Source: Acidobacteriota bacterium (GTDB lineage Bacteria; Acidobacteriota; Vicinamibacteria; Fen-336). From it: a stretch of DNA of 43,009 nucleotides. The stretch is from the NCBI GenBank assembly GCA_036741815.1, contig DAINRN010000001.1:1-43009 (forward strand), given 5' to 3'. The position numbers and the translations under genes were made by a program. Below the pieces are notes generated by a model. That model did not search any database, had not been told where the DNA came from, and worked only from the letters and a program-made list of their open reading frames with translations. The first letter of the stretch is position 1. Every line of letters begins with the position of its first letter. This document shows positions 24,521 to 31,155 of this stretch, piece after piece.

Positions 24521-24777
24521 CCTCGGCCTCCTTGGGTTTTCGGCTGCGCGGGTCGCAGCACCAGCTCGCGGGAGCGGGGCGCCTCGCGGGCCTCCACCGC
24601 ACGGGCGATGCGCTCGAGCAGCCGTCGCTGGGCGATGATCTCCTGCACCTGGCGCTCCAGCAGCTCCCGCACCACCGCGATCAGGGCCTCGGCCTGCGGG
24701 TCCAGCTCCACCGGCGGGGGCGGGGTGTCCAGGGCGGCGTACAACTCCTCGAGCTGCTCGTTCAAGGGCTCCGTCAT
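24517..24777 (-). CDS. hypothetical helical protein, 86 aa
   Basis: Track frame 24517-24969. The internal ATG at 24775-24777 forms an ATGA with the upstream stop. Confidence 0.55.
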   Translation of the reverse strand: MTEPLNEQLEELYAALDTPPPPVELDPQAEALIAVVRELLERQVQEIIAQRRLLERIARAVEAREAPRSRELVLRPAQPKTQGGRG

Positions 24778-25085
24778 CAGCTCCTCGCTTTCTGGCCGGT
24801 CACGTAGGTGAAGTGGTCGGCGGCCTTCCGCAGATGGCCCTCGGCCTGGATCATCTCGAACTCGGCATCGCCGCTCACCAGGCGCTCGGGGTGGCGGTAG
24901 TGGTAGACGGCCGCCAGGTCGCTGGCCGCCCGCAGGCTGTTGCGGGCGGCCTCGAGGAGCTGGCGCCACTCCTCGCGCTGCACCTCCTGGCTCGCGCTGA
25001 ACACGTCTTCCTGGGCGGCCTGGGCGTCAGCCCACGCGTCCAGGTCGTCGTCGCTGAGGGGGACGGGATTATGCAGGTAGCTCAT
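24777..25085 (-). CDS. hypothetical protein, 102 aa
   Basis: The ATG at 25083-25085 follows GGAGTGAATCCC. The track start (GTG 25094) lies inside that SD. Confidence 0.6.
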   Translation of the reverse strand: MSYLHNPVPLSDDDLDAWADAQAAQEDVFSASQEVQREEWRQLLEAARNSLRAASDLAAVYHYRHPERLVSGDAEFEMIQAEGHLRKAADHFTYVTGQKARS

Positions 25086-25098
25086 GGGATTCACTCCT

Positions 25099-25263
25099 CT
25101 AGCGGGTCGCGGACTTGATGGAATGCTCGGTCAGCCAGTCACGAAAGATGCGGGTCACCAGGGAGCCGATCGGCACCCCCTGGCGGATGGCCTCGGCGCG
25201 GATCTCGCGCCACACCCCCTGGTCAACCCCGCGAATGTTGGCGCGCTCGGTGGTCGCTTGCAT
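25099..25263 (-). CDS. ribbon-helix-helix-like small DNA-binding protein, 54 aa
   Basis: MQATTERANIRGVDQGVWREIRAEAIRQGVPIGSLVTRIFRDWL has a beta-alpha-alpha pattern. It starts 1 nt after the stop of the Mom-like gene. Confidence 0.5.
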   Translation of the reverse strand: MQATTERANIRGVDQGVWREIRAEAIRQGVPIGSLVTRIFRDWLTEHSIKSATR

Positions 25264-25264
25264 G

Positions 25265-26047
25265 TCAATTCCTCTCCTCATCGGTGCGCTTCGGGTAGGG
25301 GAGCGGCGCGAAGGCCGCCAGGTCGCGAGCCAGCGCCTTGCGCTCGCGGCGGTTCCCCAGCGTGAAGGCGTAGCGGTGGTTGCCGCCGTGGCGGAGCTTC
25401 CGCAGCTCGCCGGCCCCCTCGAGCTGGGCCTCGGCGTAGGCATGGCCGCGCTGGCCGGTGCCGGCCTTGGCGGCGGTGCGGTCGTTGAACACCGAGCCGT
25501 CGGCCTTCAGGCGCAGGATGCGGGGGCGGCTGCGCCCCAGGTAGGTGGCGTTGGTCGCCTGGTAGATGGTGCCCACGTGGCCGGCGAAGAGGCGTTCGCC
25601 CCGAGCGTTGGTGCGGGCCACGGGATCGCTGAAGGAGACGATGCCCCGCACCCCCTCGTCGGCGGCCTGCTCGAACAGCGCCGCCAGGAACCACGACTCG
25701 GCGTTGGCCGGCACGCGGTTCAGCAGCACGAAGCGCCCCAGCTCGAGCGACTCGCGGTAGGGGGCGAGCTGGGGGAAGACGCCGGTCAGCACCTCCTTGC
25801 GGACGGGGATGGACAGCACCGCCACCCCGACCAGCTCCGGCCCCTCGTAGAGGCCGTAGCGCAGGCGGGAGGCGGGGTAGCTGGTCGAGTAGTGGTGGGT
25901 GCGGACGAAGGACTTGGCCAGGGCCTCGGGGACGGGGGCCACCGCGTACTCGGCGCGGTTGAAGCCCCCCTCAGAGATGGGGCGCCACGAGTGCGCGCCC
26001 TCGAGCCACCGCTGGCAGACCGTGGTGTCGGCAGGGGTCGTGCTCAT
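25265..26047 (-). CDS. GNAT-fold, Mom-like candidate DNA-modification protein, 260 aa
   Basis: FVRTHHYSTSYP, LELGRFVLL..VPANAESWFL, IVSFSDP and GHVGTIYQATNATYLGRS match my recollection of the Mom family of adenine-modifying acyltransferase-fold proteins. The start is the ATG at 26045-26047 (ATGA). Confidence 0.45.
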   Translation of the reverse strand: MSTTPADTTVCQRWLEGAHSWRPISEGGFNRAEYAVAPVPEALAKSFVRTHHYSTSYPASRLRYGLYEGPELVGVAVLSIPVRKEVLTGVFPQLAPYRESLELGRFVLLNRVPANAESWFLAALFEQAADEGVRGIVSFSDPVARTNARGERLFAGHVGTIYQATNATYLGRSRPRILRLKADGSVFNDRTAAKAGTGQRGHAYAEAQLEGAGELRKLRHGGNHRYAFTLGNRRERKALARDLAAFAPLPYPKRTDEERN

Positions 26048-26289
26048 CAGGCCGTCCACGCCTTCTGGAACCCGAACACCTTGGCCAGGCGATCGGCCTC
26101 CTGCTGGAGCAGGGCGCGGAACTCGTCCTGCTCGGCCTCCGTCATCTGCTCGGCCAGGTCGGCGTGCTGCTCGGTCCAGTACCCGAGCGCCACGCTCACG
26201 CCGTGCATCAGGATGTCCTGGGCCTCCTGGCGAGCGGCCCGCTTCGACGGGAAGGGGAAGGTCGGGGTGAGGTCCTGGGCGGCGGCCAT
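26047..26289 (-). CDS. hypothetical protein, 80 aa
   Basis: ORF track; coupled at both ends. Confidence 0.6.
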   Translation of the reverse strand: MAAAQDLTPTFPFPSKRAARQEAQDILMHGVSVALGYWTEQHADLAEQMTEAEQDEFRALLQQEADRLAKVFGFQKAWTA

Positions 26290-26546
26290 CAGAGCGCCTT
26301 CCCGTAGGCCGCGCGCTCTTGCTCGAGGAAGGCCAGGTCGGCCTGCTCCTGCTCCTGGCGCGCGGCGCGCAGGGTCTCGCCCCTGCGCAAGATGGTGATC
26401 AGGGCATCCTGATCACCGGTGATGTAGGGCTCAGCCCTCACGAGGTCCCACAGGATCTCCATGAGGGCCGCCTTGGAGAACTTGTCGAGCACCGCGCGCG
26501 GGGACGGGGGCACCAGGGAGGCGGGACGCTTGCGGTGGCCGGCCAT
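26289..26546 (-). CDS. hypothetical protein, 85 aa
   Basis: Track frame 26289-26846. The ATG at 26544-26546 shares one nt with the upstream TGA. Confidence 0.55.
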   Translation of the reverse strand: MAGHRKRPASLVPPSPRAVLDKFSKAALMEILWDLVRAEPYITGDQDALITILRRGETLRAARQEQEQADLAFLEQERAAYGKAL

Positions 26547-27220
26547 CAGTTGACCCCCTGCGCAGCCTTCGCCGGCTGATGCTTGCGGATCTGGCCGTAC
26601 TTGGTGACGGCGACGGTCTTGGCGCAGGCGGGGCAGCGCACGTAGTGGGAGCGGCCGCTGACCGTGGCCGGCTGGTCCGAGCCCACGCAGTAGTCCCGCT
26701 TGATGCCGAGGGTCCACTCGAGCGGCGCGGACGGGAAGCAGACGCTGCACAGGCGGGGGCCGTGCGCCTCGACCGCGTCGGCCTCGGTCAGGCCGGAGAG
26801 CTGGGGCAACCAGCCGAACTGGGTCGTCCAGCGGCAGGTGCCGCACGTGGTGGTGGCGTGGATGTGGCCCCCGTCGGAGCTGGTCACCAGGAAGAACCGC
26901 TGCCAGCCGGTGTACTGCTGGCCCAGCTCCTTGAGCTGCGCGACCAGGGCCTGGTGGGCCTGGCGCAGGACCGGCAGCATGCTGACGGCGTCGGCATGAC
27001 GGCCAACCTCGCGCAGGATGCGGGGGGTGGCGACGATGGCCTCCTCGTCGGTGAGCTTCCAGGGCTGGCCCTTCGTCCAGGTGTCGCGGCGGTCACCGGC
27101 GGCCGAGTGAACGCGGTCCATCATGCGTCCAATCGCCGCGTAGGCATGCTGCACCTCGTCGGACTTGTTGGCGATCGCGGTGTCGATCAGGACCTCGGGG
27201 CGCTCGGTGGAAACGGTCAA
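26546..27220 (-). CDS. Cys-rich hypothetical protein, 224 aa
   Basis: The start is re-set to the TTG at 27218-27220. It aligns with the ATG of the paralogous leader at 29579; both proteins begin MTVS. Motifs: GGHIHATTTCGTCRW, CSVCFPSAP, CPAC. Confidence 0.65.
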   Translation of the reverse strand: MTVSTERPEVLIDTAIANKSDEVQHAYAAIGRMMDRVHSAAGDRRDTWTKGQPWKLTDEEAIVATPRILREVGRHADAVSMLPVLRQAHQALVAQLKELGQQYTGWQRFFLVTSSDGGHIHATTTCGTCRWTTQFGWLPQLSGLTEADAVEAHGPRLCSVCFPSAPLEWTLGIKRDYCVGSDQPATVSGRSHYVRCPACAKTVAVTKYGQIRKHQPAKAAQGVN

Positions 27221-27271
27221 GGGATTCACTCCTTAGCGGGGGGCCTCGCCGACCCAGCTACCGCACCCCTC

Positions 27272-27301
27272 ATTGTACACCACTGGCACCACTGGCGCCA
27301 A
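27272..27301 (-). promoter_or_regulatory. sigma70-like promoter, copy A (TTGGCG-18 nt-TACAAT)
   Basis: The -10 TACAAT is at 27272-27277 and the -35 TTGGCG is at 27296-27301. It is part of a ~95-bp cassette duplicated at 29560-29658. Confidence 0.55.
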
Positions 27302-27310
27302 GGGCACAAC

Positions 27311-27350
27311 GAAGGGGCCGGCCTCCTGGCAGGGAGGAGCCGGCCCCTTC
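27311..27350 (-). terminator. strong hairpin terminator candidate downstream of ORF 27364-27579
   Basis: GAAGGGGCCGGCTCCT...AGGAGGCCGGCCCCTTC gives a 16-bp stem with one bulge. It is followed by GTTGTG, a weak U-tract. It lies immediately upstream of promoter copy A. Confidence 0.55.
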
Positions 27351-27363
27351 GCGGGCGGGCAGT

Positions 27364-27579
27364 TTACTGCGGGTCGCTGAGGTGGCGGTAGCTCGCGCGG
27401 AACCCCTCGGGGGTGCTGAAGTGGTCGAGCCCCTTCCGCCCCAGGTAGTGGACCTCCCCCTCGGAGACCTCCATCACGAACACCTCCTGCCCGCTGGCCT
27501 TGGCCACCCACAGGGAGTGCCGCGCGATCGGCCGGTCTTGCGTCCACTCGAGGAAGCTGAGCTGCTCCAGGTCAGTCAT
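27364..27579 (-). CDS. hypothetical protein, 71 aa
   Basis: Track frame 27364-27960, with an internal ATG at 27577-27579. Sequence: MTDLEQLSFLEWTQDRPIARHSLWVAKASGQEVFVMEV... Confidence 0.55.
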   Translation of the reverse strand: MTDLEQLSFLEWTQDRPIARHSLWVAKASGQEVFVMEVSEGEVHYLGRKGLDHFSTPEGFRASYRHLSDPQ

Positions 27580-28096
27580 CCGACCCCTCCTCCGCCGCCT
27601 CGCGCTCCCGCTCGAGCCGATGGGCCACCGACCGCCAGTGCAGCACCAGCAGCGCCTGGGCGTGCTCGCTGTGGTCCAGCCACTGCTGCACATCCCAGCC
27701 GGTGAGGCGCCAGGCGCTGCCGGTGAGGTGCCCGACCACCTCGGCCTTGAAGGTCTGGTGCAGCAGCCAGGCCAGGGACGGCTCCGCGTGCCAGGTCCTG
27801 CCCGCCGCCCGCACGGCCGCCGGCTCCTCGCCGAAGAAGTCGGCCAGGATGGACAGCGCCAGATCGGCGGGGCCGCTGCCAGGGTAACCCCACTCCATGC
27901 CCGTGGGACTGTGCAGCTCGACGTGGGGGAGGGGGTGGACGTGAACCCCGCCGGTCTCACCGGTCATCACCTCGGCCTCCTGGGGGTAGGGGTCGCCCCC
28001 TCGGTGCTGAGCGACCAGGGTGTTCCACTCCGCAGTGGAGAGGCGGCGCCCGCGATACCAGACCCGCTGCTGGTGGGAGGTCAACCCGGCCGTCAT
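27572..28096 (-). CDS. conserved hypothetical protein, 174 aa (WGYPGSGPADLALSIL motif)
   Basis: Track frame 27572-28522. The ATG at 28094-28096 forms an ATGA with the upstream stop. The motif recalls an uncharacterised phage/bacterial family. Confidence 0.6.
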   Translation of the reverse strand: MTAGLTSHQQRVWYRGRRLSTAEWNTLVAQHRGGDPYPQEAEVMTGETGGVHVHPLPHVELHSPTGMEWGYPGSGPADLALSILADFFGEEPAAVRAAGRTWHAEPSLAWLLHQTFKAEVVGHLTGSAWRLTGWDVQQWLDHSEHAQALLVLHWRSVAHRLEREREAAEEGSDD

Positions 28097-28317
28097 GAGC
28101 GCACCTCGCCGGTCAGGGTCCAGCCGTCCTTGTAGCCGTACCCCGCAGGGAGGCTGCGCGGCTCCCGTCGATAGGCGATGCCCGCCGCCCGATCCTCGCA
28201 CCCAGCGAGGAACGCCTTGCGATAGGCCGGCTGGCGGTAGAGCTTGGCCTCGGGGTTGGCCTCGCACCACATCGCGTACCGCTCCTCGGCAACGGTGGGC
28301 TCGCGCTGCGCGGTCAT
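28093..28317 (-). CDS. hypothetical protein, 74 aa
   Basis: Track frame 28093-28695. The ATG at 28315-28317 forms an ATGA with the upstream stop. Confidence 0.55.
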   Translation of the reverse strand: MTAQREPTVAEERYAMWCEANPEAKLYRQPAYRKAFLAGCEDRAAGIAYRREPRSLPAGYGYKDGWTLTGEVRS

Positions 28318-29579
28318 CGAGCCACCTCCACCAGCCAGCCGCTCTCGAGGCAGGCCGGCAGCTCGGCCGCCGGCAGCGCCAGGTACATGCCCGAGACGTA
28401 GCGGCCAGCCTGGCTGTTCCGCAGGTACTGGGTGGGGCAGACGACGCGGAAGAGGGGGAACTCCACCCCGTCCGAAGCGCGGCGGACGTAGGGGGTGGCC
28501 TCCCGCCGCACCCCGTCGCCATTCGGGTCCGAGTAGTCGTAGTTGGCCGGCGCCGTGGTGTAGATCACCAGGGAGCTGTCGGCGACGGGGGCCGCGTGGC
28601 CGGCGGCGTCCAGGGCGGCGCGGTCGAAGGGCTCCGCTCGGCCGGCCAGGGTCGCCACGCCGATGCGACGGGCGTACCGCTCGACCAGCCAGCACGCCTG
28701 GAGCGGGATCTCGGTCACCACTCCCCCCTCGAGCTGGGCGTTGGTGCGGGTCTCGCGAACCCAGGCCACGCCCCCCTCCCCGTAGCGCAGCACCTCGGTA
28801 ACGGTGAGGTCCATGAGGAGGTTGTCGGGGTCGTTCGCGAAGGTCGTCACGGTGAAGCGGGTGCCCACCGGCAGGGGCGCGGTCGGCGGGGTCGGGGCCT
28901 GGCGCTCGAAGCGGGCCACGTAGTCGGACTCGTACTGGGCCTCGAGGTCACCGCCGGCGGTGAGGCAGACCGGCCAGATGGTGCTGGCCGCGTAGTCGCC
29001 CTCGGGGCCGACATCATGGCGAGCGTCGGCGATGGCCTCGGCCAGGGTGTCGAAGCGATCGCCGGTGACCACGTCGCCGTTCGCCAACTCAGGGGCGGTC
29101 TCGAACCCGACGACGGGCATGTCATAGGCGGTCTCCCACCAGGGGCGGGCGTCCGACGCGCCCTCAGGCTCGGCAAGGGGGGCCTCGGGCTCAGGGTCGA
29201 TCGGGCCATACTTGGCGGTCAGCTCCTGCTGGCGCACGACCTCGCGCTGCCACACCGCCAGGCGCTCATCCCAGCTCGTGAAGTGGGGGGCCTCGCCGTA
29301 GCGGGGGAGGCGGTACGCGCGGTAGTTGCCGGCGCCCATGGCCTCGACCACCAGGCCGGCGGCCACCGCCGCGTCGGTCAGCTCGGCCTGGCGAACGCCG
29401 GTGGCCTTCACGTTGATGATGGCATCGCCGTAGTGGAAGGAGCGCACGGTGCGGCCGGCGCGATTGATCATGGTGCCCGCCTCGGCCACCCGCTCGGTGC
29501 GGACGGTGAACTCGTTGCGACGGAAGCCGGCCGCCTGGAGGGCGGTGATCGCGCGCTGGGCCTGGTCGGAAACGGTCAT
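28314..29579 (-). CDS. hypothetical protein, 421 aa
   Basis: The ATG at 29577-29579 follows GGAGTGAATCCC. The track start at 29630 lies inside the promoter -10 box. No motif recognised. Confidence 0.7.
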   Translation of the reverse strand: MTVSDQAQRAITALQAAGFRRNEFTVRTERVAEAGTMINRAGRTVRSFHYGDAIINVKATGVRQAELTDAAVAAGLVVEAMGAGNYRAYRLPRYGEAPHFTSWDERLAVWQREVVRQQELTAKYGPIDPEPEAPLAEPEGASDARPWWETAYDMPVVGFETAPELANGDVVTGDRFDTLAEAIADARHDVGPEGDYAASTIWPVCLTAGGDLEAQYESDYVARFERQAPTPPTAPLPVGTRFTVTTFANDPDNLLMDLTVTEVLRYGEGGVAWVRETRTNAQLEGGVVTEIPLQACWLVERYARRIGVATLAGRAEPFDRAALDAAGHAAPVADSSLVIYTTAPANYDYSDPNGDGVRREATPYVRRASDGVEFPLFRVVCPTQYLRNSQAGRYVSGMYLALPAAELPACLESGWLVEVAR

Positions 29580-29628
29580 GGGATTCACTCCAGAGGCGGG
29601 GGGCCTCGCCGACCCCTCCCCGCCCCTC

Positions 29629-29658
29629 ATTGTACACCATCGGCACCAGTGGCGCCAA
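29629..29658 (-). promoter_or_regulatory. sigma70-like promoter, copy B (TTGGCG-18 nt-TACAAT)
   Basis: The -10 is at 29629-29634 and the -35 is at 29653-29658. It is ~85% identical to copy A over about 95 bp, including the leader and the first 4 codons. Confidence 0.55.
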
Positions 29659-29663
29659 GGTGC

Positions 29664-30020
29664 TCATGGGGTCAACCAGCTCACCTCGCGGTAGCGCACG
29701 CCCCAGTTGATGGCATCGCGGCAGGATGCCATCCAGAGGTCGATATGCGCCCCTCTCACGCCCCCGCCGGTGTCGAGGGCCTCGAACCCGTCGCCGAGCC
29801 CTTCGACGCTCAGCGTGGACCACAGGGGGATCACGGACGGATCGACGGCCACCGCGCCAGGGCGTACCCACAGGCCGGTCCGCATCCTCCCCTCGAGGCA
29901 GTAGGCGGTCACCTTGAAGACGCCGCCCTCCACCTGGGCCTCGGCCGGGGGGACACAGGTGGCCACCAGCAGCGCCGCACAAGCGACCGCATGCAGCGTG
30001 CTCGCCGGTGCCCGGCTCAA
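29664..30020 (-). CDS. secreted 3D-domain (MltA/RlpA-like double-psi beta-barrel) protein, 118 aa
   Basis: Signal-peptide-like N-terminus: MSRAPASTLHAVACAALLVATCVPPAEA. 3D-domain pattern: FKVTAYC...GAVAVDPSVIPLWSTL.VEGLG...ALDTGGGVRGAHIDLWM. Confidence 0.7.
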   Translation of the reverse strand: MSRAPASTLHAVACAALLVATCVPPAEAQVEGGVFKVTAYCLEGRMRTGLWVRPGAVAVDPSVIPLWSTLSVEGLGDGFEALDTGGGVRGAHIDLWMASCRDAINWGVRYREVSWLTP

Positions 30021-30451
30021 TGGGCCACCCCATTCGTCCTGGTGGCGGGGGGCGCGTGGCGACTGGCGGCCACCGTCAGGGCCGCCAGGTGTTGCACGCT
30101 GCGGCGGAAGTGCTCCCGCTCGTAGGGGCCGATCGTGTCGCTCGCCAGCACGCGTACCACCAGCGAGAGGGTGCCGTCCCAGCCCAGGCCGGCCAGGGAC
30201 GGCGGCGCGAAGCCGGCCGCCACGTAGAAGCTCTCCAGCTCCTGTACGGTCGGGAACTGGAGATGGGCCGCTAAGGCCGCCACCACCGCCTCACGGGGCG
30301 CCACCCGCTGGCCGGACTCGATGCGGGTGAGGTAGCTGGGGTCCAGGCCGGCCTTGTGGGCCAGCGCGTTGCGGGAGTACCCGCAGCGGGTGCGGGCGAG
30401 CGTGAGCTGCACCGCGAAGTCGTCATGGGGGAGGGCGGGGGACTGCACCAT
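30017..30451 (-). CDS. Xre-family HTH transcriptional regulator, 144 aa
   Basis: The ATG at 30449-30451 follows GAGGAGGAA. The HTH is LARTRCGYSRNALAHKAGLDPSYLTRIESGQR. Confidence 0.75.
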   Translation of the reverse strand: MVQSPALPHDDFAVQLTLARTRCGYSRNALAHKAGLDPSYLTRIESGQRVAPREAVVAALAAHLQFPTVQELESFYVAAGFAPPSLAGLGWDGTLSLVVRVLASDTIGPYEREHFRRSVQHLAALTVAASRHAPPATRTNGVAH

Positions 30452-30845
30452 GGGGGATTCCTCCTCGGTCCAGGGGGACCGGCGTCTCAATGATGATGCG
30501 GGTCTCACGAATCCTGGGCGCCACCACCGCGCGCACCTCGAGCTGCACGTGGTCGGTGTCGTCGGCCTCCAGCACGCCGGCGTCCACCAGGCCGTCGAGC
30601 AGGGGCTTCGCGAGACCGGCCAGGTTGTCCGCATCGCGGCGGCGGTGGAGCGGGTACACAAATTCGATCGCGACGAAGGCCCGCGCGAAGTGGGGCAGCA
30701 CCCCACCAGGGAGCGCGCCGCGCAGATGCCACTTGGCGTCGTCGCGAAGCTGCATCAGGGTACGGAAGTGCGTCCGACGCACGCCGTTCAGGGACAGGCG
30801 TCGATCGGGCACGAAGTCCGGCAGCACCACCAGTAGGGTCGTCAT
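30423..30845 (-). CDS. rusA: RusA-family Holliday junction resolvase
   Basis: RRRDADNLAGLAKPLLDGLVDAGVLEADDTDHV is the RusA catalytic Asp pattern. The ATG at 30843-30845 forms an ATGA with the upstream stop. Confidence 0.8.
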   Translation of the reverse strand: MTTLLVVLPDFVPDRRLSLNGVRRTHFRTLMQLRDDAKWHLRGALPGGVLPHFARAFVAIEFVYPLHRRRDADNLAGLAKPLLDGLVDAGVLEADDTDHVQLEVRAVVAPRIRETRIIIETPVPLDRGGIPHGAVPRPPP

Positions 30846-31117
30846 GCGGCGCCCTGCGGGAGGGCCTTCTCCTTGGTCTCCTTGCGGTGCTGCCGCAGCT
30901 CGGCCTCCTGGCGGCGCCACCCCTCAAGGACGCCTAACAGCAGCTTGGCGTCCGCGAGGGGCAGCTCCGAGAGCCAGGGCACGTGGTACAGGTGCTCAGC
31001 CAGCGCGTCGAGCTGGCGGTCGTTCAGGCGGCCCGCCGCCTCGGCGCGAATCGCGGTGATGAAGTCGGTGAGGGTGACCGGCGCCTTGGCCGGCGCCGTT
31101 TCGGGTCGGGTAACCAC
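30842..31117 (-). CDS. hypothetical protein, 91 aa
   Basis: ORF track. GTG start follows GGAGTG. Third positions are strongly G/C. Confidence 0.6.
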   Translation of the reverse strand: MVTRPETAPAKAPVTLTDFITAIRAEAAGRLNDRQLDALAEHLYHVPWLSELPLADAKLLLGVLEGWRRQEAELRQHRKETKEKALPQGAA

Positions 31118-31155
31118 CGGTCCACTCCGAGGGGTGCTGAACCAATCGGTCCTCC

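Noticed and set aside
25099-26047. A GNAT/RHH toxin-antitoxin pair.
   Set aside because: The gene order (GNAT first), the GNAT-like protein size (260 aa) and its HHY...GH.G.IYQA.N motifs differ from TacT/AtaT-type toxins. It is kept only as an alternative under the Mom-like finding.
28020-30125. Very long plus-strand ORFs antisense to the minus-strand genes: 28020-30125 (701 aa), 8436-10322 (628 aa), 10512-12152, 12902-14584, 21128-22852, 39128-40369 and 41798-42982.
   Set aside because: Their translations are Arg/Gly/Pro/His-rich and low-complexity, with no motifs. They mirror well-supported minus-strand genes (TerL, the SLT domain, the fibre and others). Open antisense frames are expected in DNA this GC-rich because stop codons are rare.
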